DNA of 64,000 nucleotides from an uncultured Candidatus Saccharibacteria bacterium (lineage in GTDB: Bacteria; Patescibacteriota; Minisyncoccia; UBA6257; WO2-44-18). Both the position numbers and the translations under genes were made by a program. This document shows, piece after piece, positions 36,280 to 45,323 of this stretch; position 1 is the first letter of the stretch, and every line of letters begins with the position of its first letter. Location of the stretch: NCBI GenBank assembly GCA_964373675.1, contig CAYJVO010000001.1, forward strand, positions 4,327 through 68,326. The letters are read 5' to 3'. The notes beneath the pieces are model-generated. The model did no database searches and had not been told where the DNA came from. It was given only the letters and a program-made list of their open reading frames with translations.

Positions 36280-38015
36280 TTAACAGTTTCCCAATACTCC
36301 GGATAACCCTTTTCTTTCATAAAGTACCACCACTCCGCGCCCCAGAGATAAAATTTATCAAAACCGGTCTTGCGGGCAAAATTTAAATTGGAACGTAATC
36401 GTTGAAGATCAAACAGTTTTAATTGCTTATTTAAAGATAAATCTGGTAAAAGTTTTGGTCCCCACGGCTCGGCTTGCAGTTCTACCACCGCATAAGGGTG
36501 CGCTAGCAAAGTTTTTAAACGATAATACCAAGCAGGAAAAAGTTGTGTAATTTGTCCAAAAGTATCGTTGTAAACATAACGATAAAGTGTGATGCCCAGC
36601 AAATCCCCGTATTTAAGCGCCCGATTCCAACTGCCAAATTCTCCGCTTTCCGTCACCATCACTGGATGCGTCAGATCCAGCGACTTAACCAATGATACTT
36701 CGTTTTTAAAAAGTCTCGGATCAAACTCACCGCATTCTCCAAACATAAAATATGGCTCGTTTTCTACCTGCCAAACTTCTAAAGTCGGGTGGTTTTTGTA
36801 GCGATCAACCAACGTTTTTAAATACTCAAGTAATTCCTGATTCCTAGTTCCTAATTCATTATTTTTTATCCACTCAGGTTTAAAGCACTCGGGCCAGCGT
36901 GGGACTTTCTGTCCGATCGCCAAAATTACTTTCGCGTCGCGCTTCGCCGCCTCATTCATCTGCCAATCTAAATCGGTGAAATTAAACTTATCATCTTCCG
37001 GTTCAATCTCGTCCCAGTAAGCAACCAGTCTTAAATTTTTAATTTTTAAATCGTCCAGTAAAGCAAGGTAGTTCTCTTTCCAGTCCAAATCCAAATTCCT
37101 GCTGAATCTTGCAGAAAAAGTGACTCCCCATTGGATATCCTGTTCTGCGGCTATTGGAATACTTTTTAGGTAACTGGCTACCACAAGAACAATGATGCCG
37201 ATGACAACAAGAGTAGTAGCGGCAATTTTTTCTTTCAAAATCCGGCCGTGAAAACTTGCTTTGAGTATTAAAAGCGCGGCGGCGAAAATTATCAAAAAGC
37301 GAAAGCTGGAACTCGCATCCACCAACGCCGGGTGACCCAAAAACAAAGCCATTGTAACCAAAAAAGCTCCGCCGGCTGACGCCGCGCGGTTTAAAAGATA
37401 CAAAATGATGTTTTTAGGTTTTTCAACGGATTTAGTAATGAGTGCCTGCCGAATTTTTGGAAACAAAAGCAAAGAAATAGCGGAAAGAAACACGCCGGCC
37501 TGTACGGCTACTAAACCGGTAATGAAGTTGGTTTGCAAGAAAACCGATTTATGCAGAGCGTTGCTTAAACCAAAAAGACCGCTGGCTGTTAGCGCCGTAC
37601 CAATGAAACGCCAGGAAAAAATCGCGCTGCCGACTGCCAAAAGACCGAATGCCACTAGCTCGCCAGTTGAAAGGTCTACGCCTAAAATAAAAAATGAAAA
37701 GATTAAAGTAAAAATAGGGGAGAAGCCGCTGATGGCCGAAAGTGCTTCAATGGCTTCCGCGTTTTTTAATGCCTTAAAACCAAAATAAAGTGCCCAAAAA
37801 AATGCCGCTCCTGCCACAAAAGCCATTACTGTTGCAATCAACGAAGGCAGCTGAAATCCAAAAGGCGCCAAAAACAGCGGCAGGAACGCTAAAATACCTA
37901 CTCCAAATGCGTACTGCAGCGGACGAGGGACAGCTCGTTTAAGTAAAACCTTATCAAAAATCGCAGATATCGCGATTAAAGCTTGGCCAAAAAGCGCTGA
38001 TAATAACCAAATCAT
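36267..38015 (-). CDS. Fusion of N-terminal polytopic membrane domain and C-terminal clan GH-A (GH5-like) glycoside hydrolase
   Basis: About 8 TM helices over the first ~280 aa. The TIM-barrel domain then carries acid/base VWQVENEP (NEP) and candidate nucleophile VMVTESG. Confidence 0.6.
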   Translation of the reverse strand: MIWLLSALFGQALIAISAIFDKVLLKRAVPRPLQYAFGVGILAFLPLFLAPFGFQLPSLIATVMAFVAGAAFFWALYFGFKALKNAEAIEALSAISGFSPIFTLIFSFFILGVDLSTGELVAFGLLAVGSAIFSWRFIGTALTASGLFGLSNALHKSVFLQTNFITGLVAVQAGVFLSAISLLLFPKIRQALITKSVEKPKNIILYLLNRAASAGGAFLVTMALFLGHPALVDASSSFRFLIIFAAALLILKASFHGRILKEKIAATTLVVIGIIVLVVASYLKSIPIAAEQDIQWGVTFSARFSRNLDLDWKENYLALLDDLKIKNLRLVAYWDEIEPEDDKFNFTDLDWQMNEAAKRDAKVILAIGQKVPRWPECFKPEWIKNNELGTRNQELLEYLKTLVDRYKNHPTLEVWQVENEPYFMFGECGEFDPRLFKNEVSLVKSLDLTHPVMVTESGEFGSWNRALKYGDLLGITLYRYVYNDTFGQITQLFPAWYYRLKTLLAHPYAVVELQAEPWGPKLLPDLSLNKQLKLFDLQRLRSNLNFARKTGFDKFYLWGAEWWYFMKEKGYPEYWETVKAVF

Positions 38016-39028
38016 ATAGGGATATAGAATTTAGGATTTAGGATTATTTTTTGGTAATCAAAGTAACTCTGCCGTGGTTTTCTGGCTAAATTATTGTCAT
38101 AATCAATTTCTACTAATCCATAGCGCGGTTTAAAACCTCTGTGCCATTCAAAATTATCAATTAACGACCAGTGGAAATAACCGCGTAGATCTATGCCAGT
38201 TTGCACCGCTTTAGCCATATTTTCTGTCATTTCCGCCAGCAGTTTTTGCCTTTTTTGATCTAAGGAATCATCAATACCGTTTTCAGTTATATAAATTGGC
38301 TTTTTATAAACATCATTTAGCCATTGTAATAATGGGATTAGTTTTTGAGGCCTGCCATAATAATTTACGCCGATAAAATCTTGAGTGCTGGCGACTCGGC
38401 TAAAAAATCTTTTACTGGTATTATTTTCCGCAATACCAACCTGCGCATCTGGATTAATTGATTTGATAATTTTATAAGCTAATCCGTGAGCCCGGGCCAA
38501 ATTTTTTAAAACCTTAAAATAGGCGAGGGAGGCGATCTTTTGTGGCGGCCAGCGGCCGACTAAGTACGAATTATTGGCGTAAACCGTCGGCTCGTTAATG
38601 GTTATCCAAAAATGCACGCTCTCCCCGAAATTTTCCGCTACCAATTTCACAAACCGCTCAAAGTAGGGGAGTATGTCCGGATTTGCCCAGCCGCCCATTT
38701 TTGCAACCCATATTGGAAAAGTAAAATGCCAAAGCGTAAGCCATGGTTCCGGACCGCGCTGTTTTAAGGCGGAGATGTATTTTTTGTAATGTTCTATCGC
38801 GAGATCGCTAAATCGGCCTTCTTCCGGCTCAATCCGCGCCCACTCAATGGAAAAACGAAAGGCATTTAATCCCAATTTTTTTGCTAAATCAAAATCCTCA
38901 TCGTAGCGGTTATAGTGATCCACGGCTTTTCCGACGTCGTAGCTCGCCGTCCAATCGTTAGTTATTCCGCCCTCCGTCTGATAGGCGGAAATCGCCGCGC
39001 CCCAAAAAAAATTTTCCGGAAAATGCAT
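38012..39028 (-). CDS. Glycoside hydrolase family 1 (beta-glucosidase-like), short form
   Basis: FFWGAAISAYQTEG, acid/base TINEP and nucleophile YITENG. At 338 aa it is shorter than typical GH1 (~450 aa). Its stop overlaps the upstream GH-A gene. Confidence 0.8.
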   Translation of the reverse strand: MHFPENFFWGAAISAYQTEGGITNDWTASYDVGKAVDHYNRYDEDFDLAKKLGLNAFRFSIEWARIEPEEGRFSDLAIEHYKKYISALKQRGPEPWLTLWHFTFPIWVAKMGGWANPDILPYFERFVKLVAENFGESVHFWITINEPTVYANNSYLVGRWPPQKIASLAYFKVLKNLARAHGLAYKIIKSINPDAQVGIAENNTSKRFFSRVASTQDFIGVNYYGRPQKLIPLLQWLNDVYKKPIYITENGIDDSLDQKRQKLLAEMTENMAKAVQTGIDLRGYFHWSLIDNFEWHRGFKPRYGLVEIDYDNNLARKPRQSYFDYQKIILNPKFYIPI

Positions 39029-39079
39029 ATACTTTAAAGTATATCAACAAATTTTTACCCCGCCATGGCGGGGTTTATA

Positions 39080-39292
39080 TTATAAAATGCCTCTTTTTAC
39101 AAAACTGAAGATGATTTCTTCGCCATCGGGCGCAGACTTAACCCTTGTCAAGATTTCCTCAAATTCATCCGGCGGCATTTCCAGCAAAATCGTCCTAATT
39201 TTTGTAGCTTTCTGGAATTCTTGAGCGTCACCGCACACAACTAATGCCCAAATATCTTTACTCGCGGGCTTTCTACTTCCATTACCACTCAC
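39080..39292 (-). CDS. Small hypothetical protein
   Basis: 70 aa ORF just downstream of the nuclease gene on the same strand. No motif recognised. Confidence 0.3.
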   Translation of the reverse strand: MSGNGSRKPASKDIWALVVCGDAQEFQKATKIRTILLEMPPDEFEEILTRVKSAPDGEEIIFSFVKRGIL

Positions 39293-39369
39293 ATTAAAAC
39301 CTAAAATAAAATAGCTAACTAAATATTACTATAAATAACCGATTTTTCGCAACCAAGCGTTGGACGCCT

Positions 39370-40155
39370 TTACTTCAAATACCCGATCCTTCTAAGCCAA
39401 TGTGCATTTTCCCATTCCCACAACCTCTTTGCCGCTAAAAATGCTTCAAAATCTTCGCGCCAATAAGGTTCTTCTTTAGTTTGTACAACTCCCTTGAGTT
39501 CGCCCCATGCGTGTTCCTCCGGCTGGCAGGGGACTGCGCCCCGAACTGGTGGATAAGCCTTGCGAATTTTTTGCCGACCGCCTTTTTCCCGCAGAGTGGA
39601 TCCGCAACGCAAACAGGTCTTGATTTGATCAATCCGCAAAATCCAGCGGGTTTGAGGATCGGGGACAGCCGGATCTTTAATCAACGCGTCCATATAAGCG
39701 GCGGTTTGCAGATTGTAATCCCGATAAAAATCTAACGAGGTCTTAATATCCATTACGCCGAATTTACCTTGATATAAGGCCATTGTGTCAATAGTGCCGG
39801 CGTAGCCGTGATCTAAATTTAAAATCCGACGTTCCACATGCTCGGGATCAACTTGAATATTGTTTTGCTCAAGAAAATCCACAAAAGCGCTGACGGCCGG
39901 AGCAATCTGAGGATTAATCTCTGGATTTTGGCCAACCATTAATTTTTCCACCGCTTCATGAATTTTTGTGCCTTCCTCGGCTGATTTTTTGGTTTGCTCT
40001 GCTGCCGCCGCGAAACTTGCCGCTTCGGCATAATAACGATACAGTGCTGGCTTGGCTTTAATGCCGACAATTTTCGTTACCCGCGGATACCAAAAGCCAT
40101 TTATCTCATAGCCGCACTGTTCTTTAAAATCTTCGGTGTCTTTATAGTCGTACAT
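39370..40155 (-). CDS. RecB-family PD-(D/E)xK nuclease with Cas4-like cysteine cluster
   Basis: Motif II GTID, motif III VMDIK, a QTAAY (QhxxY) motif, an N-terminal Cys (EQCGYE) and a C-terminal C-x2-C...C. No cas genes or CRISPR array in the window. Confidence 0.65.
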   Translation of the reverse strand: MYDYKDTEDFKEQCGYEINGFWYPRVTKIVGIKAKPALYRYYAEAASFAAAAEQTKKSAEEGTKIHEAVEKLMVGQNPEINPQIAPAVSAFVDFLEQNNIQVDPEHVERRILNLDHGYAGTIDTMALYQGKFGVMDIKTSLDFYRDYNLQTAAYMDALIKDPAVPDPQTRWILRIDQIKTCLRCGSTLREKGGRQKIRKAYPPVRGAVPCQPEEHAWGELKGVVQTKEEPYWREDFEAFLAAKRLWEWENAHWLRRIGYLK

Positions 40156-40162
40156 GAAGTTT

Positions 40163-40249
40163 TAGTGAAAAGTCCATCAAGTCCTTAAAGTCCATTAGTT
40201 AGTTAAATATTTAGGTATTTTATCCCAGCGATCGCAAAAATAGAATACC
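40163..40249 (-). repeat. Family C element, copy C2 (inverted orientation)
   Basis: Reverse complement of C1 over about 87 bp. Abuts the nuclease start codon on one side and the murC stop on the other. Confidence 0.7.
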
Positions 40250-40256
40250 TCCACAA

Positions 40257-41570
40257 TCATATTTCTTGCTTTAATAATCGGTTGGTGTATTTAACAATAT
40301 CTCCGGCGCCCATCATCGCAACGATAAAGTCGTTGCGAGAGAATAGGGGATAGTATTTAGAGATTAGTTTTTTTAGAATCGGTTTTAGCTCTTTTTGTGG
40401 GTGCTGGACATAAATTGCGTCAATTGCTTTAGCTAATCTTGCCGAAAGATCACTTTTCTCTATCCTCTTTTCTCTATCCTCTCTACCAGCAACGTGATAT
40501 GTCGGCAATACAATGACCTTATCAGCGTCTTGAAACGCCCCCAGAAACGATTTAAAGAGCGTTTTAAGACGTTCTTCTTGATGGGGCTGAAAAACGCAAA
40601 TAAGGCGGTTTTTAGGGTATTGTTCACGAAATGCGGCTAAGGTAGCTTTAATCTCGGTCGGGTGATGAGCGTAGTCGTCGTATACCTTTGCTTGATACCT
40701 GATACCTGATACCTGATACCCAAAATCACCTCGAAATTCCATCCGACGCCAGGCGCCAGTGTATTTTCCTAAACCTCGCAAAATTATTTTGTGTGGTATT
40801 CCTAAGTATTTTGCGACAGCATACGCGCAGCTGGCGTTATAAACATTGTGCTGGCCGGGAACTTTTAAAACCCTTGTAATCTCGTCCAGAATCTTTTTAT
40901 CTTTAACCGCTGAAACTACTGTGCCGCATTGCGTTTTAAATTTTTCAAAAGATTTTTTGACATTGGTAAGATTGTTATAAAAATCTAGATGCTCTTTATC
41001 AACGTTTGTAATCACTGCCACGGCGGGGAAGTAGTGCCAAAACGCGCCGCCAAACTCGTCTGCTTCCAACACCAACAGCCCCGAATTCCCTCGTCGAAAA
41101 TTCGACGACCCTGAGCCAGTCAAAGGATTACGGAATTCTTTCAACTTCGTTCCAAGAATTACCGTCGGATCCATACCGGCTTCAATTAGAACCAGCGCGG
41201 TCATGCCAGTAGTGGTGCTTTTCCCATGCGCTCCGGCGATAGCAATAGTTTTATATTTTTTAGTCAGTTCGCCAATCATTTCCGGATACGATCGGCAGGG
41301 AAGCCCCGCTTTTCTAGCCGCCCTCAATTCTGGATTGTTTTCTATGATTGCCTGATTATAAATTACTAGTCCGGATAACTTGCTAATGGCGATCGGCTTA
41401 TGACCAATAGTTATTTGAATTCCTTCTTTTTTTAACTCATCCGTAATTTCAGAAGGGGATATATCCGACCCGGAAACTGTCCATCTAGCTGACAAAAAAT
41501 AACGCGCTAAAGCGCTCATGCCAATTCCACCGATACCGATAAAGTGGGCTCTATTGCCATTTCGCTTCAT
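40257..41570 (-). CDS. murC: UDP-N-acetylmuramate--L-alanine ligase
   Basis: HFIGIGGIGMSALA N-terminus, GKSTTT P-loop and DDYAHHPTE. Internal start MKRNGNRAHFIGIGG (41570) is preferred over the 28-aa upstream extension. Confidence 0.9.
   Translation of the reverse strand: MKRNGNRAHFIGIGGIGMSALARYFLSARWTVSGSDISPSEITDELKKEGIQITIGHKPIAISKLSGLVIYNQAIIENNPELRAARKAGLPCRSYPEMIGELTKKYKTIAIAGAHGKSTTTGMTALVLIEAGMDPTVILGTKLKEFRNPLTGSGSSNFRRGNSGLLVLEADEFGGAFWHYFPAVAVITNVDKEHLDFYNNLTNVKKSFEKFKTQCGTVVSAVKDKKILDEITRVLKVPGQHNVYNASCAYAVAKYLGIPHKIILRGLGKYTGAWRRMEFRGDFGYQVSGIRYQAKVYDDYAHHPTEIKATLAAFREQYPKNRLICVFQPHQEERLKTLFKSFLGAFQDADKVIVLPTYHVAGREDREKRIEKSDLSARLAKAIDAIYVQHPQKELKPILKKLISKYYPLFSRNDFIVAMMGAGDIVKYTNRLLKQEI
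40694..40721. repeat. Heptanucleotide tandem repeat (GATACCT x3 plus one imperfect unit) inside the murC coding sequence
   Basis: Read directly. It encodes GYQVSGIRYQ in frame (21 bp = 7 aa). Confidence 0.8.
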
Positions 41571-41796
41571 TTGAGTATAATTATAACGGTTCTTTGGTGA
41601 GGATGAAATGTACCGGGACCTGAAACTCATTAACCGGATTCTAAAATTGATCAAAAATGGCGTTATAACCGGTTGGACTGATGATAAAAAATAGTAGAAG
41701 GGGAAATTTTGAACAAAGTGATGGACAGAGCTACGACTTGCAGAGAAGGCGACTGTAATTGCGGCTTTGGCGTGGCCGAGTAACCGCTAATGTTGT

Positions 41797-41836
41797 GTAG
41801 TGAAAGGCGCTGGGGGGGACAGCGCCTTTTTTGTTT
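41797..41836 (+). terminator. Orphan rho-independent terminator (plus strand)
   Basis: AAAGGCGCTG-GGGGGGA-CAGCGCCTTT hairpin followed by TTTGTTTGTT. No annotated plus-strand gene upstream, only a 20-codon Cys-rich mini-ORF at 41721-41783. Confidence 0.5.
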
Positions 41837-42067
41837 GTTATAGTGTCGCACATTATACCTTTTGTAACAGGAGACGACTATAAACTCACTACCCTGCCAG
41901 GGGTTTATTTTTATCAAGCCAGCGCCATTCTGGAACCCTACTTTTGTATTCTTTCATTAAACGGTGTGTCTCTTCTAGTTTTTCTAAATCTGCCGGATCC
42001 CAAACTTTGCATCTTGCGCCTCTGGGATTGCCAGTTGAACTTATGTTGGTCTTAAGGCCCTTATTTT

Positions 42068-42826
42068 TTATTCCGTCAACACTTCCGGGCCGTTTTCGGT
42101 GATTACTACCGTGTGTTCAAAGTGAGCCGATAATGAACCGTCGGCAGTGGCGTAGCTGTCGTCTTTTAATTGAATGATTTGCGGCGAGCCGGCGCTGACC
42201 ATCGGCTCAATAGCCAGCACCATTCCAGCTTCTAGCTTTATTCCTTTGCCTTTCTGGCCATAGTTATATACGCTTGGATCTTCATGAAGTTCTTTACCAA
42301 TGCCGTGGCCTGTTAAACCTTGAACAATCCTAAACCCGCGCCGCCGGACATAACTGCTGATAGTAAAACCGATATCGCCTAATGTTTTACTTGTTTTACA
42401 TTGTTTCACTGCCAATTTCAAAGCATTGCTGGTTGTTTCTATAAGTTTTTGGGCCAGCGGCGAAATTTTACCGATCGGGATTGTCCAAGCCGCATCCGCA
42501 TGGTAGCCGTCATAACGAACCCCGAAATCCAGCTTTAAAATATCGCCGGACTTCAATTTATAATTGTTTGGCACGCTATGAACTACTACTTCATTAACTG
42601 AAGTACAAATAGAAGAGGGGTAAGGTTTTTTTGCGCCGTAGGGACAATATCCTAAAAAAGCCGGTTGGGCACCGGCTTGAAGAATTAAACGTTTTGCGGT
42701 CTCGTCTAAACTTTTCAAATTAACACCGACATTTGCTAGAGCTATTATTTCTTTTACTATTGAAGACAAAATCTTTCCGGCAATTCGCATCTTTTTAATT
42801 TCTTCAGGGGTTTTAATAACAATCAT
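42068..42826 (-). CDS. map: Methionine aminopeptidase type I
   Basis: 252 aa. The metal ligands are conserved: D in DFGVRYDGYHAD, H in HGIGKELHE, and E in LAIEPM and FEHTVV. Confidence 0.9.
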   Translation of the reverse strand: MIVIKTPEEIKKMRIAGKILSSIVKEIIALANVGVNLKSLDETAKRLILQAGAQPAFLGYCPYGAKKPYPSSICTSVNEVVVHSVPNNYKLKSGDILKLDFGVRYDGYHADAAWTIPIGKISPLAQKLIETTSNALKLAVKQCKTSKTLGDIGFTISSYVRRRGFRIVQGLTGHGIGKELHEDPSVYNYGQKGKGIKLEAGMVLAIEPMVSAGSPQIIQLKDDSYATADGSLSAHFEHTVVITENGPEVLTE

Positions 42827-43527
42827 CTAGTATTTAGCTTCAACTGTCGCAAAATATTTTCATGAACTTTACAAGGCGCGGGTTCGCCATCTATCTCAAT
42901 CAGTTTATATCCCCTCTTTTTTAATCCATCAAATATCGGAAATGTTCGTTCCTCGTATTCCTTCAAACGGGTTTTCATAGTTTCCGGATTGTCTAAAACT
43001 CTTTTCCGTAAAGGAGCGCCGCAAATTGGGCAAGTTGTGTGATTATGGGTCTGATCAGTATATAAAATAGCGTTGCCGCAAACTGTGCAGATTTTGCGAT
43101 TTACATTGCGATGCACGGAACTCTCCGGTTTCACTGTAAGCAAAATCGGGTAAATGTTGTCTTTTCCATACGCCCTCTCTAAAACACTTATTAAACCCTC
43201 TTGGTCCGCGTCATCGCTAAAGGCCTCAAAAACCGTCCTCGGCGAGCCGCTGAAAACAATACTCATGCCGGCTTTGGCCAACTCTTGAGTTTTTTTGCTG
43301 ACAATTTTTAAAACCCAAGCGGGGGTGTTCAATTTTCCGGTATCAAAAAGTTCGCGCTCTTTTTGAACTACTGAATCACTTTGGTTTGCCGGATCATGAA
43401 CTACCTGTTCCAAAAAACGGCCGGTGTCAAAATGCACAAATCCCTGCGTCCAAGATAAAAGGTTAGCCTGAGTCCCCTTCCCTGCCCCCGGCGGACCAAA
43501 AATCATTACTGCTTTCATAATTATCAT
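42823..43527 (-). CDS. adk: Adenylate kinase (Zn-lid type)
   Basis: P-loop GPPGAGKGTQ and a lid with C-x2-C ... C-x2-C (CTVCGN...CPICGA). Confidence 0.9.
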   Translation of the reverse strand: MIIMKAVMIFGPPGAGKGTQANLLSWTQGFVHFDTGRFLEQVVHDPANQSDSVVQKERELFDTGKLNTPAWVLKIVSKKTQELAKAGMSIVFSGSPRTVFEAFSDDADQEGLISVLERAYGKDNIYPILLTVKPESSVHRNVNRKICTVCGNAILYTDQTHNHTTCPICGAPLRKRVLDNPETMKTRLKEYEERTFPIFDGLKKRGYKLIEIDGEPAPCKVHENILRQLKLNTR

Positions 43528-43580
43528 TTTATCAAAAAGCTGACTTTAATAATACACTAATTTTAATAATTATGAAAACC

Positions 43581-44852
43581 TTATTGAATAGTCTCGTATT
43601 CGCGCAGAACTAATTGAGAGTCAATTTGCTTCATAGTTTCCAAAGCGACCGACACCACAATCAAAATTGCCGTGCCGCCAATAGTTAAAGTTTGAATACC
43701 GGTTAAAATTTGAGTAATAGTTGGCAGAATAGCCACTAAACCAAGGAAGATTGCGCCAAATAAAGTTATTCGTCCTGTCACTTTAGATAAAAATTCTCCC
43801 GAAGGGTCTCCGGGCCGAATGCCGGGAATAAATCCGCCACTGCGCTGAAGATTTTTAGAAATTTCTTTAGGATCAAAAGTGACTGAAGTATAAAAATAAG
43901 TAAAAACAAATACTAAAGCAAAATAAAGTGCGCCGTACAGGAACTGATTATTTAAAAACCGGTTAACTAATTCCTGAAGACGAACAGAAAGGTCGGGGGA
44001 GAAAACTGAAAATAATTGAGCGAAGAATTGCGGAAAAAGCAAAATGGAAATGGCAAAAATAATCGGGATAACTCCGGCTTGGTTGACCTTTAAGGGTAAA
44101 TAGCTCATAGCGCCGCCGTAGATTCTATTGCCGCGAATCCTTTTCGTATAAGAAACAGGGATCTTGCGCTCGCCTTCATTAATAAATACTACTCCGGCAA
44201 TCACTAAAACTGCCAAAATCACAAAGGCCAAGTAAACAGGTAGGTTGCTAGGATCATAAGAAACCACCACGCCACGCACTAAATTCGGCAAACCACTGAC
44301 AATGCCGGCAAAAATGATTAGAGATACGCCGTTACCAAGCTTTTGCTCGGTAATCAGTTCGCCTATCCAAGTTAAAATCAGGGAACCGGCGGCAATAACC
44401 AGAATATTTTGCAGCATATCAAAAAGACCTAATGGAGCCAGCACTTGCTGGCTGATCAAAAGATTTAAAAATCCGTATCCCTGCAAAGCCGCAAGCGGCA
44501 CCGTTAAATAACGGGACATCCGGCTGAATTTTGCTTTGCCCGCAGCTCCCTCTTCGTAATATAAAGCTTTGAGCGATGGGAAAATCATTGTTAAAAGCTG
44601 CATAATAATGGTCGCGGTAATATAGGGTCCAACACCCAGCATGACGATGGAAAGATTGTCCAAGCCGCCTCCGGAAAAAAGGTTAAAAAAACCAAACAGC
44701 TGGTTTGATGATAAGAGGGCTTGAAGCCGCGCCGGGTCAATACCTGGAACAGGAATAGCTGCTAATAAGCGAAAAACGATCAGCCAAAATGCCACTATAA
44801 TAACTTTTTTTCTGATATCCGGAATTCTGAAAATTTGTAGTAATTTGTTCAT
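43581..44852 (-). CDS. secY: Preprotein translocase subunit SecY
   Basis: 423 aa with 10 TM helices. Sits immediately after rplO in the spc operon. Confidence 0.9.
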   Translation of the reverse strand: MNKLLQIFRIPDIRKKVIIVAFWLIVFRLLAAIPVPGIDPARLQALLSSNQLFGFFNLFSGGGLDNLSIVMLGVGPYITATIIMQLLTMIFPSLKALYYEEGAAGKAKFSRMSRYLTVPLAALQGYGFLNLLISQQVLAPLGLFDMLQNILVIAAGSLILTWIGELITEQKLGNGVSLIIFAGIVSGLPNLVRGVVVSYDPSNLPVYLAFVILAVLVIAGVVFINEGERKIPVSYTKRIRGNRIYGGAMSYLPLKVNQAGVIPIIFAISILLFPQFFAQLFSVFSPDLSVRLQELVNRFLNNQFLYGALYFALVFVFTYFYTSVTFDPKEISKNLQRSGGFIPGIRPGDPSGEFLSKVTGRITLFGAIFLGLVAILPTITQILTGIQTLTIGGTAILIVVSVALETMKQIDSQLVLREYETIQ

Positions 44853-45244
44853 AGGATTTTTCCTCCTGCTTTTTCAATTTTTTCTTGCGCTGATTTAGAA
44901 ACCTTTATTCCTTTTACCGTAAAGGCTTTCTTTAATTCACCATCGCCTAAAATTTTGTTTATGTCCGGCAATACATTCGGATCCACCATATTGCCGCTGA
45001 CTCGCTTTTCTAAATCACCAACATTAATTACCGCCCTTTCTTTTTGAACTAATCTTAAATTCTGAGAACCGCGCAGCTTAGGTAAACGCTGAATGTAGTC
45101 GCGTTCTGCCGGACGAATCCGGTGTCCGGAGCGAGACTTTTGTCCTTTTTGACCGCGGCCCGATGTGGTACCGCGTTTGCCGCCGCGTCCTACCCGCGGT
45201 TTCGGATATTTTCGGTGATTTGATTTTAGTTGGTGTAATTGCAT
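44849..45244 (-). CDS. rplO: 50S ribosomal protein L15
   Basis: RVGRGGKRGTTSGRGQKGQKSRSG glycine/basic N-terminal region. Confidence 0.9.
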   Translation of the reverse strand: MQLHQLKSNHRKYPKPRVGRGGKRGTTSGRGQKGQKSRSGHRIRPAERDYIQRLPKLRGSQNLRLVQKERAVINVGDLEKRVSGNMVDPNVLPDINKILGDGELKKAFTVKGIKVSKSAQEKIEKAGGKIL

Positions 45245-45249
45245 ACTAT

Positions 45250-45315
45250 TTTGTTAAATGGTTAATGCGACAGGCGACATGGAAACCCATTTTACATGCC
45301 GCATTTTACATTAAA
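45250..45315. repeat. Family F element, copy F1, occupying the rpsE-rplO spacer where rpmD (L30) is usually found
   Basis: Shares the blocks TGTTAAATGGTTA, AATGCGACA and CGCATTTTACATT with 49760-49848. Confidence 0.6.
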
Positions 45316-45323
45316 CATCGTTG

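Noticed and set aside
41663-42055. ORFs 41663-41917 (-) and 41831-42055 (+) in the murC-map spacer
   Set aside because: Low-complexity translations spanning the terminator hairpin. No RBS, and they are mutually overlapping.
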